Part shown: positions 63,321 through 64,000 of the stretch, one piece after another | How positions within the stretch are numbered: position 1 is the first letter of the stretch | Layout: every line of letters begins with the position of its first letter | From: an uncultured Verrucomicrobiae bacterium | GTDB lineage: Bacteria; Verrucomicrobiota; Verrucomicrobiia; Palsa-1439 | DNA: 64,000 nt | NCBI GenBank assembly: GCA_963842185.1 | Contig: CAWJFL010000007.1 | Coordinates: forward strand, 145,176 to 209,175 | Direction: 5' to 3' | Made by a program: the position numbers and the translations under genes | Notes under the pieces: model-generated | Seen by the model: only the letters and a program-made list of their open reading frames with translations | Told to the model about the DNA's origin: nothing | Database searches by the model: none

Positions 63321-63365
63321 GGCGTGAGAATAACGTGATTGCGGGCCGTGTGCAAGGCGTGAGAA
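63321..63365. repeat. 10-bp direct repeat GGCGTGAGAA x2, with copy starts 35 bp apart, in the divergent HAD/pgi promoter region
   Basis: Copies at 63321-63330 and 63356-63365, read directly. A related GTTGAGAAA lies at 63372-63380. Confidence 0.4.
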
Positions 63366-63444
63366 AGGGGAGTTGAGAAAAACGGGGAGGGGGTGTTATA
63401 GTGAATCTGCGGATGGAACAGCCTGAGAGCCGGCCGCAGTCGAT

Positions 63445-64000
63445 ATGACCACGAATAAAACGTCCCTGACACAGCGTCCCGCGTGGAAGGCGCTCGAAGC
63501 GCATTACCAGAGCGTCAAAGACATGCATCTGCGGAAACTTTTCGCGGATGACCCCAAGCGCGGCGAGCGACTGACCGCCGAGGGCGTGGGGCTGTATTTG
63601 GATTACTCGAAGAACCGTGTTACCGACGAGACCATCCAGTTGTTGTTGAAGCTCACGGAGGAGTGCAACCTGCGCGCGCGGATCGACGCGATGTTCCAGG
63701 GCGAAAAGATCAACATTACCGAAGACCGGGCGGTCCTGCATGTGGCCCTACGGTCGCCGCGCGGGCAGTCGATCATCCTGGATGGCGAGAACGTCGTTCC
63801 GAAGGTGCATACCGTACTGGATAAGATGGCCGAGTTTGCCGACCGCGTGCGCAACGGGGCGTGGAAGGGGTATACGGGCAAACGAATCCGCAATATCATC
63901 AACATCGGCATCGGCGGCTCGGACCTCGGTCCCGTGATGGCGTACGAGGCGTTGCGCCATTACAGCATGCGCGAGTTGACGTTTCGTTTCGTGTCGAACG
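63445..64000 (+). CDS. pgi: Glucose-6-phosphate isomerase, N-terminal part (runs off the window end)
   Basis: Absent from the ORF track because there is no stop in the window. Manual translation gives [62 protein letters not shown], which is canonical PGI. Confidence 0.93.
   Translation, partial: MTTNKTSLTQRPAWKALEAHYQSVKDMHLRKLFADDPKRGERLTAEGVGLYLDYSKNRVTDETIQLLLKLTEECNLRARIDAMFQGEKINITEDRAVLHVALRSPRGQSIILDGENVVPKVHTVLDKMAEFADRVRNGAWKGYTGKRIRNIINIGIGGSDLGPVMAYEALRHYSMRELTFRFVSN

Overview
GC-rich bacterial chromosome segment. My hand counts of single 60-nt coding lines give about 39/60 G+C. Coding is dense, and I saw no rRNA, tRNA, CRISPR array, transposase or integrase. The first 20.5 kb on the + strand is one continuous ribosomal superoperon: rpoC 3' end, str, S10, spc and alpha blocks (rpsL rpsG fusA / rpsJ..rpsQ / rplN..rplO secY adk map infA rpmJ / rpsM rpsK rpsD rpoA rplQ). 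It lacks tufA and rpmD, and a non-ribosomal coiled-coil membrane-protein gene sits between rpsS and rplV. The rest is mostly housekeeping: a GAF/PAS HisKA_2 kinase with an ANTAR regulator, trxB, ptsN-nadK-tlyA-dxs-xseB-xseA on the minus strand, a FolM-like SDR with PTPS/QueD, an ABC-2 exporter cluster, a GT9 transferase, pheS/pheT, rarA, 5-formyl-THF cyclo-ligase, rny-ymdB, bioF-bioA, a Memo-like gene, an IscA-like gene, a TPP riboswitch with thiC, a Gfo/Idh/MocA oxidoreductase, a HAD-TMEM175-MFS operon and the 5' part of pgi. Two AT-richer accessory insertions are the best novelty candidates. (i) An ABC/OLD-type ATPase with a Toprim-like tail is inserted exactly between pheS and pheT. (ii) A translationally coupled pair at 58.2-60.2 kb encodes a TPR protein and a PUA(EVE)-like plus PD-(D/E)xK nuclease, a candidate modification-dependent defence module. 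Four conserved genes (nadK, rarA, thiC and the signal peptide of the oxidoreductase) each show a single-site reading-frame break, which points to assembly indels or recent pseudogenisation. Lineage guess, low confidence: PVC group, Verrucomicrobiota-like. All calls come from reading the translations. No database search was run.
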